Origin: an uncultured Atopobiaceae bacterium
Lineage (GTDB): Bacteria > Actinomycetota > Coriobacteriia > Coriobacteriales > Atopobiaceae
Assembly (NCBI GenBank): GCA_944320975.1
Contig: CALUJM010000009.1
Location: 18,484-82,483, forward strand
Reading direction: 5' to 3'
Length of the DNA stretch: 64,000 nucleotides
Both the position numbers and the translations under genes were made by a program. Positions 43,351-52,206 of the stretch are shown in pieces; position 1 is the first letter of the stretch, and every line of letters starts with the position of its first letter. Below the pieces are notes generated by a model. That model had not been told where the DNA came from, did no database searches, and worked only from the letters and a program-made list of their open reading frames with translations.

Positions 43351-44841
43351 ATGTCGCTCACCGATCGCACCAAGCCCGCGGACGTCTCGCTCAACACCGA
43401 CCTCTACGAGCTCACCATGGCCCAGGGCTTCTGGGAGGCGGGCCTCGCCGAGGGCCAGGCCTGCTTCAACGCCTTCTTCCGCGACAACCCCTTCGACGGC
43501 GGGTACGCCGTGTGCTGCGGCACAGGGCAGCTCGCCGACCTCGTGGAGAACTTCGTCTTCGAGGACGATGCCATCGACTACCTCGCGAGCCTCGACGCGC
43601 CCGGCGGCGGCCCCATGTTCAAGCCCGGGTTCCTCGAGTACCTGCGCAACCATCGCCTCGACCTCACCATCCACGCCGTCCCCGAGGGCCAGCTGGTCTT
43701 CGGCCGCGAGCCGATGGTGCGCGTGGAGGGTCCGGTCATCGACTGCCAGCTCATCGAGACCGCCCTGCTCAACCTCGTGAACTTCCAGACGCTCGTGGCC
43801 ACCAAGACCGCGCGCGTGGTCCGCGCCGCCGAGGGGCATCCCGTCTCCGACTTCGGTCTGCGCCGCGCCCAGGGACCCGACGGCGGCCTCGCGGTGGCCC
43901 GAGCCTCCTACATCGCGGGCGCCTCGTCCACGTCCAACGTGCTCGCCGGCAAGATCTACGGCATCCCCGTCTTCGGCACGCACGCGCACTCCTGGGTCAT
44001 GGCGTTCCCGAGCGAGCTCGAGGCCTTCCGCGCCTTCGCCAAGTCCAGCCCCAAGAACTGCGTGCTGCTGCTCGACACCTATGATGTCCACCAGGGCATC
44101 CGCAACGCCATCACCGTTGCCAAGGAGATGGAGGCCGCCGGCGAGCGCCTCTCCGCCGTTCGCCTGGACTCCGGCGACCTTGCGCGCCTCTCCAAGGAGG
44201 CCCGTGCCGCCTTCGACGAGGCCGGCCTTCCCTACGTGAAGGTCTCCGTCTCCAACGACCTCGACGAGTACACCATCCAGTCGCTCTTCGCCCAGGGCGC
44301 GCCCATCGACTCCTTCGGCGTGGGAACCAAGCTCGCCACGTGCGACCCGCAGCCCTCGCTGGGCGGCGTGTACAAGCTCTCTGCCGTGCGTCGCTCCGCG
44401 GACGAGCCCTGGACGCCGGTGATCAAGCTCTCCGAGCAGTCCTACAAGCGCACGGTCCCGGGCGTGCAGCGCGTCCTGCGCTACTACGACCCCGCCGGCC
44501 GCCCGACGGCCGACATGCTCGTCGTCGACGAGGTCGCGCGCCCCGGTGTCGCGCGCAGGATGTTCGACATCCTCGACCCGTACACCACCTACGCGCTCGA
44601 GGGCGAGCCGGAGGAGCTGCTCGTGAAGCTCGTCGAGCACGGCCGGCGCGTCGGCGAGCCCGAGGGGATCGAGGTCGCGCGCGAGCGCTGCAAGGACGCC
44701 CTGATGCGCCTCGACCCCGCGGTCGCCCGCTTCCTCAACCCGCAGACCTATCCCGTGGGCCTCGAGCAGGGCCTCGAGGAGCTCCGCAGCCGCTTGGCGC
44801 GTGAGGAGCTCGAGGAGTCCGGCCGCCCCACGGTGGACTAG
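43351..44841 (+). CDS. pncB: Nicotinate phosphoribosyltransferase
   Basis: 496 aa. The sequence TDLYELTMAQGFW...FGLRRAQGPDG...GTHAHSWVM...LLLDTYD is canonical NAPRTase. Confidence 0.9.
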   Translation: MSLTDRTKPADVSLNTDLYELTMAQGFWEAGLAEGQACFNAFFRDNPFDGGYAVCCGTGQLADLVENFVFEDDAIDYLASLDAPGGGPMFKPGFLEYLRNHRLDLTIHAVPEGQLVFGREPMVRVEGPVIDCQLIETALLNLVNFQTLVATKTARVVRAAEGHPVSDFGLRRAQGPDGGLAVARASYIAGASSTSNVLAGKIYGIPVFGTHAHSWVMAFPSELEAFRAFAKSSPKNCVLLLDTYDVHQGIRNAITVAKEMEAAGERLSAVRLDSGDLARLSKEARAAFDEAGLPYVKVSVSNDLDEYTIQSLFAQGAPIDSFGVGTKLATCDPQPSLGGVYKLSAVRRSADEPWTPVIKLSEQSYKRTVPGVQRVLRYYDPAGRPTADMLVVDEVARPGVARRMFDILDPYTTYALEGEPEELLVKLVEHGRRVGEPEGIEVARERCKDALMRLDPAVARFLNPQTYPVGLEQGLEELRSRLAREELEESGRPTVD

Positions 44842-44892
44842 ACCTGCCGGCCCAGCGTCCTTCTCGGCAAACCCGGATCCAGTGCTGTGTTC

Positions 44893-44925
44893 GCCGCGGA
44901 CCCAAATCCGCATTTGGGTCCGCGG
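44893..44925. repeat. Family B palindrome, copy B5 (15-bp stem, loop CCGC)
   Basis: GCCGCGGACCCAAAT-CCGC-ATTTGGGTCCGCGGC. Confidence 0.9.
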
Positions 44926-45028
44926 CGGCAGTGGCTTTCGAGGTTGCTAATTCGTTTAGATTACGGACTTAATTTTGCGGACTGTCCTCAGGTCCAGGGG
45001 CGCCTCGCTAGCCGAGAAATGACCTCGA

Positions 45029-45060
45029 CTCCGGACCCAAATCCGCATTTGGGTCCGGAG
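45029..45060. repeat. Family B palindrome, copy B6 (14-bp stem, loop CCGC)
   Basis: CTCCGGACCCAAAT-CCGC-ATTTGGGTCCGGAG. Confidence 0.9.
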
Positions 45061-45167
45061 CAGCGGGCACTTCTCGTCAAGCGGGGCGTTCCTCAGCCGA
45101 GAGGTTAACCCCGGGTTCAAGTTCTTCATCGACAAGAACGTTTGGGCCCAACGGCCGCCACGGTACG

Positions 45168-45221
45168 GGACCCAAATCCGGATTTGGGTCCGCCGAGAAC
45201 GCAAATGAGGATTTGGGTCCC
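45168..45221. repeat. Family B palindromes, copies B7 (45168-91) and degenerate B8 (45195-221)
   Basis: GGACCCAAATCCGGATTTGGGTCC followed by GAGAACGCAAATGAGGATTTGGGTCCC. This is the same intact-plus-degenerate doublet layout seen at 9313-9367. Confidence 0.85.
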
Positions 45222-45303
45222 GGGCTGGGGAGGCCATCTGTGCCGCCGCGGCTCTGTTACACTCAACAGGTTGCCAACAATGACTACCCACGGGGGAGAC
45301 ACA

Positions 45304-47148
45304 ATGCCCGAGAAGATCGAGGAGCTCGTACACGCCGCCATCGCCGCCGCCCAGCAGTCCGGGGATCTCCCCGAGTTCGAGGTGGGCGAGCTCGGCTTCG
45401 AGCGCCCGGCCGACTCGGCCAACGGCGACTGGAGCTCCACGGTGGCGCTGCGCTCCGCGAAGCTCGCGCACCGCTCGCCGCGCCAGATCGCCGACGCCAT
45501 CGTCTCCCACCTGCCGTCCGACCCCTCTGTCGACCGCGTCGAGGTCGCCGGCCCCGGCTTCATCAACTTCTATCTCGCCACCGCCTCCGCCAACGAGGTC
45601 TTCCGCACCGTGCGCGAGCAGGGACGCGACTATGCCCGTTCGCAGGCGGGCGCCGGCACCAAGGTGCAGGTTGAGTTTGTCTCGGCCAACCCCGTGGGGC
45701 CGCTGCACATCGGGCACGGCCGCTGGGCCGCCTTGGGCGACTCGCTCTGCCGCGTGCTCGAGCACGCCGGCTACGAGGTCGAGCGCGAGTACTACATCAA
45801 CGACCACGGCTCTCAGATGGACGTCTTCGGGCGCTCCGTCTCCATGCGCTACCGGCAGCTCCTCGAAGCGATGGCCCAGGGCGAGAAGGACCTCGATGCG
45901 GCGCGCGCCGCCCTTCTCGCCGACCGCGAGGCCTATGTCGCCGACGAGGACGACTCCGCCCCCGAGACCCACCCGCTCACCGACGCCTTCAACCGGGCCC
46001 TCGGCGGCAACGCGTACGGCGGCGACTACATCGTGGACATCGCCTGCCGCTTCGTCCGCGAGGATGGCGAGCGCTGGGCGGATGCCCCCGAGGAAGAGCG
46101 CATGGCGGAGTTCCGCGAGCGCGGCTACCGCTGGATGCTCGACTCCATCCGCGAGACCTGCCACGAGGCCCGCTGCGACTTCGACGTCTGGTTCTCCGAG
46201 CGCAGCCTCTACGTGAAGGACGAGTCCGGCACCTCCGCCGTCGACCGCGCCCTCTCGGCCCTCGACGAGATGGGCCACCTCTATCGCGACGAGGCGGGCG
46301 CCCTGTGGTTCCGCTCCACGACCTTCGGGGACGACAAGGACCGCGTGCTCATCAAGACCAACGGCGAGTACACCTACTTCGCCTCCGACGTCGCCTACCA
46401 CTGGAACAAGTTCCAGCGCGTCGACCACGTGATCGACATCTGGGGCGCCGACCACCACGGCTACATCCAGCGCGTGCAGTCCGCGTGCGAGGCGCTCGGC
46501 TACCCCACGCAGTTCGAGGTCCTTCTCGGCCAGCTGGTGAACCTCCTGCGCGACGGCAACCCCGTGCGCATGTCCAAGCGCAAGGGCACGATGGTCACCT
46601 TCGACGAGCTCCTCGCCGAGGTGGGCGCCGATGCCACGCGCTACACGCTCATCTCCAAGTCGTCCAACCAGATGATCGACTTCGACATCGAGCGCGTGAA
46701 GAAGCAGGACAACACCAACCCCGTCTACTACGTCCAGTACGCGCATGCGCGCATCTGCTCGATCCTGCGCCGCGGTGCCGACGTCACGCTCGAGGAGGCC
46801 GCCGCTCTGGGGATGGACGAGGTCGCGCGCCGCGCCGTGGGGGAGGGCTATGACCTCGGTCTGCTCTCCGACCCCGCCGAGGCCGCGCTCGCCCGCAAGC
46901 TCTCCGAGCTCCCCGGCCTGGTCGAGAGCTGCGCCCGCGACCGCGCGCCCTTCCGCCTCACGCACTACGCCGAGGAGCTCGCGGCTGAGTTCCACTCGTT
47001 CTACGCCGCGTGCCAGGTGCTTCCCGGCAAGGGGCGCCCGATCGACGCCGCGCTCTCGCACGCGCGCCTCGCCGCGGTGGATGCGACGCGGCGCGTGCTC
47101 GCCCTCACGCTCGAGCTGATCGGCGTGAGCGCCCCGCAGAGCATGTGA
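45304..47148 (+). CDS. argS: Arginine--tRNA ligase
   Basis: HIGH motif (SANPVGPLHIGHGR), an MSKRKG (KMSKS-like) motif, and a DALR anticodon-binding C-terminus. ATG 45304 follows GGGGGAGA. Confidence 0.9.
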   Translation: MPEKIEELVHAAIAAAQQSGDLPEFEVGELGFERPADSANGDWSSTVALRSAKLAHRSPRQIADAIVSHLPSDPSVDRVEVAGPGFINFYLATASANEVFRTVREQGRDYARSQAGAGTKVQVEFVSANPVGPLHIGHGRWAALGDSLCRVLEHAGYEVEREYYINDHGSQMDVFGRSVSMRYRQLLEAMAQGEKDLDAARAALLADREAYVADEDDSAPETHPLTDAFNRALGGNAYGGDYIVDIACRFVREDGERWADAPEEERMAEFRERGYRWMLDSIRETCHEARCDFDVWFSERSLYVKDESGTSAVDRALSALDEMGHLYRDEAGALWFRSTTFGDDKDRVLIKTNGEYTYFASDVAYHWNKFQRVDHVIDIWGADHHGYIQRVQSACEALGYPTQFEVLLGQLVNLLRDGNPVRMSKRKGTMVTFDELLAEVGADATRYTLISKSSNQMIDFDIERVKKQDNTNPVYYVQYAHARICSILRRGADVTLEEAAALGMDEVARRAVGEGYDLGLLSDPAEAALARKLSELPGLVESCARDRAPFRLTHYAEELAAEFHSFYAACQVLPGKGRPIDAALSHARLAAVDATRRVLALTLELIGVSAPQSM

Positions 47149-47269
47149 TCGCTTCGCGAAAAATGTCGAAAAGAAAAACTTCGTATACGATTGCGGGCCA
47201 CGTATCCTGACTTGACCGTATGATGGAGCGTGTACGAACCGCGCGTCAGAGATCGGGAGGCATCGGAGC

Positions 47270-47965
47270 GTGGACCTCAGGGAATACATGTCCGTCAGGA
47301 GGGCATACAACATCGTCAGGCAGTCCGTCGAGCCCGCCGAGCGCCTGACGTTTGAGGAGTTCGCGATCTTGTGCCGCCTCGACTTCGCCGGAACGCCGAT
47401 GAAGACCTCCGCGATCGCCGAGTACCAGGGCGCCCTGAGGCCCACCATGACGCACCGCACCAACCACCTCGCGAGCCTGGGGCTGATCGAGCGGGCCGAG
47501 GGCGAGAACGACCGCAGAAACGTCGTCTGCTCCATATCCGACGCGGGCAGGGAGCGCGCCGCCGAGCTCGCCGAGCTCACGCGGACGCAGATCCCCTCTG
47601 GCCGGTCGCTCTCGAGGACCTCGGCGGATCGCATCAGGAAGTACGTCGACGCCATGGGCTCGTTCTTCTGCAAGGCCGGGGACCTCGTCCTTCTCGGCCT
47701 GCTCTCCGCGGAGGGGGAGGCCCTCTCCATCATGAAGCTCGTCGACCAGCTCGGTCTTCTTCAGCCGACGGTCTCCATGTCGGTCTCGTCCCTCGTCGAG
47801 GAGGGCCTCGTCACGCGCTTCCAGGACGCCTCCAGCGCGAGGACCTCGAGCGTCTCGCTCACCGAGAAGGGCGAGGCCGCGGCGCGCGAGCTCTCCGAGC
47901 GGATCGAGTCCATCATCGTCCGCCGCAAGCTGCGCGGGTCGCGTAAGGCTGCAGATCAGGACTAG
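47270..47965 (+). CDS. Transcriptional regulator with two tandem MarR-like winged-helix domains
   Basis: Two copies of the pattern (...SAIAEYQGALRPTMTHRTNHLASLGLIERAEGENDRRNV... and ...MKLVDQLGLLQPTVSMSVSSLVEEGLVTRFQDASSARTS...). Confidence 0.7.
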   Translation: MDLREYMSVRRAYNIVRQSVEPAERLTFEEFAILCRLDFAGTPMKTSAIAEYQGALRPTMTHRTNHLASLGLIERAEGENDRRNVVCSISDAGRERAAELAELTRTQIPSGRSLSRTSADRIRKYVDAMGSFFCKAGDLVLLGLLSAEGEALSIMKLVDQLGLLQPTVSMSVSSLVEEGLVTRFQDASSARTSSVSLTEKGEAAARELSERIESIIVRRKLRGSRKAADQD

Positions 47966-47986
47966 ATGCGCCTCGTCGCGGGGTTG

Positions 47987-47995
47987 TGCTATAAT
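47987..47995 (+). promoter_or_regulatory. Extended -10 promoter element (TGcTATAAT) upstream of rho
   Basis: TGCTATAAT lies at 47987-95, about 140 nt upstream of the rho ATG. It sits in a locally AT-rich stretch. The long 5' leader is compatible with known Rho autoregulation. Confidence 0.5.
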
Positions 47996-48133
47996 TTTTA
48001 AAGCATGCGCTCATGAGTCGCAGCTGAGAGAGCTGCGATGGCTCGCATGACTTCATCTCACGGATATTGGGCATTGCCCCGCGACCGCTCGTCGGCTCAT
48101 GTGCCGAGCGGGCATCATAAGAGAGGTTGACAT

Positions 48134-50053
48134 ATGTCGGAAGCCGAGACGCCCGTTTCCGGGACCGCCCCTGCAGACTCCGGGTCCGTCATTCCCGAGG
48201 AGGCGCCCGCCAAGCCTCGTCGCCGCCGTCGCACCAAGGCGGAGATGGAGGCCGCGCGCGCCGCCGAGGCTGCCGCCAAGGCCGCCGCCGAGGCTGCCGG
48301 GGAGCCCTGGCCGCCCAAGCGCCGCCGCGGCCGGCCGCGCAAGGCCGATGCCGCCGAGCTGGCCGATGCCCAGGTGCAGCCCGCTGCCGACGCGCAGCCG
48401 GCAGACGCCCCCAAGTCCGAGGCAGACGCCGTGCCGCAGCCCAAGCGCCGCCGCGGCCGCCCGCGCAAGTCGGAGACGGCAGACGCAGCCGTCGCCCCGG
48501 CGCAGGGAGAGTCGGCTCCCGAGGCGGCCCCCGCCCCGGACACCGCGCCCGCCGTCGATGCCCCCGACCAGGCCCCCGCCCCCGCCGGAGACCAGCGCGA
48601 GCAGCAGCCCGCCAAGGACGAGGCCCCCAAGCAGGGCCGCAAGCGCCGCCACTCCAATGGCGCCGAGCACGCCGGCGCGAAGGGCCCCAACGACGCGTCC
48701 TCCCAGGATCGCAGGAAGAACGGACAGGGGCAGGGGCAGGGCAGAAGGCGCAATCGTCGTCAGCAGGAGGCGGCCGAGCCCTCGCTCTCGCGTGACGAGC
48801 TGCTCGCCATGAAGGTTGCGGAGCTTCGCTCCAAGGCGGCCGAGCTCGGCGTCGACTACGTCGGCGTCCGCAAGTCCGAGCTCGTCGACGCCGTCTACGA
48901 GGCCGCCGCCCGTGCCGAGGGCTTCCGTCCCGTCGAGGGCATCCTCGAGATCGGCAATGAGGGCTACGGCTGGGTCCGCACCGGCAACTACATGGAGGGC
49001 GACGACGATGCCTTCGTCCACCAACAGCTCATTCGCTCCCTCGGGCTTCGCCCCGGGGACCGCGTCGCCGGCACGGTCGGTCCGGGCCGCGCCAACAGCA
49101 AGTACCCGCCGCTCCAGAAGGTGACGTCGGTCAACGGAGGCGCTCCCGAGAACCTCAAGGCGCGCCCGCGCTTCCGCGACCTCACGCCCGTCTACCCCAA
49201 CGAGCGCCTCGTCATGGAGTGCGGCAAGGACTCGATCACCGGCCGCGCGATCGACCTGGTGTCGCCCATCGGCAAGGGCCAGCGAGGGCTCATCGTCTCG
49301 CCGCCCAAGGCCGGCAAGACCACCGTGCTCAAGAAGATCTGCCAGTCCATCGCCGCCAACAACCCCGAGGTGCACCTGTTCTGCCTGCTCGTGGACGAGC
49401 GTCCGGAGGAGGTCACGGACATGGAGCGCTCCATTCGCGGCGAGGTCGTGGCGTCGACCTTCGACATGCCCGCCGAGAACCACACGCGCGTCTCGGAGCT
49501 CGTCATCGAGCACGCCAAGCGTCTTGTCGAGATGGGCGAGGACGTCGTCGTCGTGCTCGACTCGATCACGCGCCTCGCGCGCGCCTACAACCTCGCCCAG
49601 CCCGCGAGCGGGCGCATCCTCTCCGGCGGCGTCGACTCCGCGGCGCTCTACCCGCCCAAGAAGTTCCTCGGCGCCGCCCGCAACATCGAGAACGGCGGCT
49701 CGCTCACGATCATCGCCTCCGCTCTCGTGGACACGGGCTCCAAGATGGACGAGGTGATCTTCGAGGAGTTCAAGGGAACGGGCAACATGGAGCTCAAGCT
49801 CGACCGGGACCTCGCCGACAAGCGCATCTTCCCCGCCATCGACCCGGTGGCGTCCGGCACGCGCAACGAGGACCTGCTCATCTCGCCCGAGTACCAGCCG
49901 CTCGTCTGGGGCATTCGCCGCATCCTCGCCAACATGAACAACGTCGAGCGCGCCGCCAACGCGCTCGTCCGCGGCCTCAAGGAGACCGACTCCAACAGCG
50001 AGTTCCTCATCAAGAGCGCCAAGAAGGCGGCCCAGTCCGGCTACATCGCGTAG
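48134..50053 (+). CDS. rho: Transcription termination factor Rho with ~215-aa Arg/Ala/Pro-rich N-terminal extension
   Basis: The C-terminal 420 aa are canonical Rho (Rho_N LAMKVAELRSKAAELGV, RNA-binding, Walker A PPKAGKT, VVLDSITRLARAYN). The N-terminal extension is low-complexity with two KRRRGRPRK motifs. Confidence 0.9.
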   Translation: MSEAETPVSGTAPADSGSVIPEEAPAKPRRRRRTKAEMEAARAAEAAAKAAAEAAGEPWPPKRRRGRPRKADAAELADAQVQPAADAQPADAPKSEADAVPQPKRRRGRPRKSETADAAVAPAQGESAPEAAPAPDTAPAVDAPDQAPAPAGDQREQQPAKDEAPKQGRKRRHSNGAEHAGAKGPNDASSQDRRKNGQGQGQGRRRNRRQQEAAEPSLSRDELLAMKVAELRSKAAELGVDYVGVRKSELVDAVYEAAARAEGFRPVEGILEIGNEGYGWVRTGNYMEGDDDAFVHQQLIRSLGLRPGDRVAGTVGPGRANSKYPPLQKVTSVNGGAPENLKARPRFRDLTPVYPNERLVMECGKDSITGRAIDLVSPIGKGQRGLIVSPPKAGKTTVLKKICQSIAANNPEVHLFCLLVDERPEEVTDMERSIRGEVVASTFDMPAENHTRVSELVIEHAKRLVEMGEDVVVVLDSITRLARAYNLAQPASGRILSGGVDSAALYPPKKFLGAARNIENGGSLTIIASALVDTGSKMDEVIFEEFKGTGNMELKLDRDLADKRIFPAIDPVASGTRNEDLLISPEYQPLVWGIRRILANMNNVERAANALVRGLKETDSNSEFLIKSAKKAAQSGYIA

Positions 50054-50322
50054 CGGGTACCGACCGCGGAGTTCGAGACTCCCGTCGCTTCATGCGGCGG
50101 GCGTCTTCTTGCATGCGGCCTCATGTGCTCGCAGGGCCTCAATCGCAGTTCGCGCCCTTGCGCAGGCGCCGGTCAAAAGGTTATATTCTTATGGGTCGCA
50201 CTGCGGCCTGTCACGGTACACGAAGATGAAACGCAGCCCAAACCGTTGACGTCGGCCCGCCTGAGGCGGTGCCAGGTTTGAAGCTCGTCTCGTCTTCCCA
50301 TTTTGGGAGGAGCGAGAAGCAC

Positions 50323-51558
50323 ATGGGCGTGAGAAGGAACTCCGCCGTCTATGCCGGACTCATCGGCACGATTGCGCTCGGCGCGCCACTGCCCGCCGTC
50401 GCCCTTTCTGCCCGCGAGGTCGTCGACGCGTTCGACGCCGCCTTCGCGTCACCTTCGCTCGCTTTTGCCGTCGGCCTTGCCGGGGGAGCCCTCATCACCG
50501 GCGCCATCGCCGGTACCGCCGCGCTCGTCGCTCGCCGCCGTCGCGCCCGCGTCGAGGAGACGCCCCTCGAGAGCACGGCAACCGATCTCCCCGTCGTCGA
50601 GGCCCCTGCGCTCATTCCGCTCGAGCACCCTGCCAACGACCTCTCGACCCCGGCGCCCAAGGCGCCGCGGCACATGCGCGCGGAGGCGCCCGTCCCCGAG
50701 CAGGCTCCCGTCGAGGCCCCGGCCGCCGTCGAGCCGCAGCATCATGGCCCGAGCCACGCCGCGACCGACTACGAGGACATCGCCGAGAACTACGTCGGCC
50801 GCATGACCTTCCGCAGCCGCATGGCCCGTCGGGCAGAGGGCGTCGCCGCGACGCTTCGCGACCGCCTCGGCGCCAACATGATGGACGGCGTCCCGGTCAT
50901 CGAGCGCGCGGACGGCTCTGTCGGCGACGTGGGGACGTCGTGGTGGAAGCAGGCGGTGGGGGAGCAGTCGATCATCTCCGACGCCGGCTTTGCCGCCGAT
51001 GACGTCGAGCTCGCCATCCCCTCCGACTTCACCGACCCGGGTGCGCGACTGTTCGGCTCCGCTCCGCTCCCCGTCCTCGTCCCCAACAGCTCGGGCGACA
51101 TCTCGATGCGCGTCGCGCAGATCGACGAGGGTGCCTATCCGGAGCGCCGCACGGTCGAGGACCTCGACCGTGAGGACGAGTGGGACCTTGCGCTGCGCTC
51201 CCTCGACGAGCGCATCGCCGCTGACGCCGCCGCGCAGCCCCCCGCTCCGTTCGTCGACCTCGTCGGCGGCGAGGACTCCCTCGACGAGCCGGACAACCTC
51301 GAGCTCCAGACGTCTTTCATCCCGTTCAGGACGCCCGCCGGCCATCCCGAGGTCGTCGACACGGAGTCCTACGTCGACTACCTGATCGAGGACGAGCTCT
51401 CTCGCAACTCCTCCAAGGCCGTCCGCCGCCACTCCCGCCGCTTCCTGCGCGTCCTGGAGGGCGGCACCCAGTCGAGCCCGCGCCTCTCCGACACGTCGTC
51501 AAGCCGTCCCATCTACATCCCCAAGCACTTCGCCATGCCTCAGGCGGCTGAGGCGTGA
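50323..51558 (+). CDS. Membrane-anchored hypothetical protein (two N-terminal hydrophobic segments, acidic C-terminal region)
   Basis: ATG 50323 follows GGGAGGAG. GC3-rich frame. The stop overlaps the downstream VanZ-like gene (ATGA-type overlap, GTGA). Confidence 0.55.
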   Translation: MGVRRNSAVYAGLIGTIALGAPLPAVALSAREVVDAFDAAFASPSLAFAVGLAGGALITGAIAGTAALVARRRRARVEETPLESTATDLPVVEAPALIPLEHPANDLSTPAPKAPRHMRAEAPVPEQAPVEAPAAVEPQHHGPSHAATDYEDIAENYVGRMTFRSRMARRAEGVAATLRDRLGANMMDGVPVIERADGSVGDVGTSWWKQAVGEQSIISDAGFAADDVELAIPSDFTDPGARLFGSAPLPVLVPNSSGDISMRVAQIDEGAYPERRTVEDLDREDEWDLALRSLDERIAADAAAQPPAPFVDLVGGEDSLDEPDNLELQTSFIPFRTPAGHPEVVDTESYVDYLIEDELSRNSSKAVRRHSRRFLRVLEGGTQSSPRLSDTSSSRPIYIPKHFAMPQAAEA

Positions 51559-52010
51559 CGGGCGAGAACAGCCACGACTCGGCGCGACGGTCTGCACGCT
51601 GGGCCGTCGCGTTTGCGTGCTGGGTGGCGTTCGTCTGGTGCCACTCCCTCGTCCAGGGCCCTCAGTCCTCGCTCGAGAGCGGGCTTGTCGTCACGCTCGT
51701 ACGCCCCGTCTTCGAGATGCTCGGCGTCCATGACGCAGACCTCATGTCGCTTCTCGTCCGCAAGGCCGCGCACTTCTCGGAGTACGCGGTGCTCGGCGTG
51801 CTTGCACGCGGCCTGTTCTCGACGCTGCGTTCCGAGAAGGGAGTGCGGCCGTTTCCGGCGGCGCTGCTCGTCGCCCTCGTGCCGATCGTCGACGAGTGCA
51901 TCCAGCTCTTCGTCCCCGGGCGTTCAGGACAGCTGACGGACGTCCTTCTCGATCTCTCCGGCGTCGTTGCGGGCGCCCTGCTCGCACATCTCGTCGCGCG
52001 TGACGATTAG
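51555..52010 (+). CDS. VanZ-family membrane protein
   Basis: 151 aa with 4 TM helices and a typical VanZ core (RKAAHFSEYAVLGVL...DECIQLFVPGRSGQLTDVLLD). The last codons and the stop lie inside palindromic repeat A3. Confidence 0.75.
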   Translation: MTGENSHDSARRSARWAVAFACWVAFVWCHSLVQGPQSSLESGLVVTLVRPVFEMLGVHDADLMSLLVRKAAHFSEYAVLGVLARGLFSTLRSEKGVRPFPAALLVALVPIVDECIQLFVPGRSGQLTDVLLDLSGVVAGALLAHLVARDD

Positions 52011-52068
52011 GACAGGTTGGATTGTCACGCGCTCTCGGTGTGACAATCCAACCTGTCCTAATCGTCAC
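52000..52068. repeat. Family A palindrome, copy A3: perfect 29-bp arms
   Basis: GTGACGATTAGGACAGGTTGGATTGTCAC, an 11-nt loop, then GTGACAATCCAACCTGTCCTAATCGTCAC. The left arm contains the VanZ stop codon. Confidence 0.95.
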
Positions 52069-52206
52069 ATTCCAGATTGTTTCAGACTTGTTAGAAGCGT
52101 CACGTCTCGGTTAACAAACCCTCCCCATCGCCAATAACTGTCCGGCGTCGGGCGTACGGTAGCCCCACGCTTTAGGCTTCACTCGAAGCGACGGGAGGAG
52201 AAAGAC

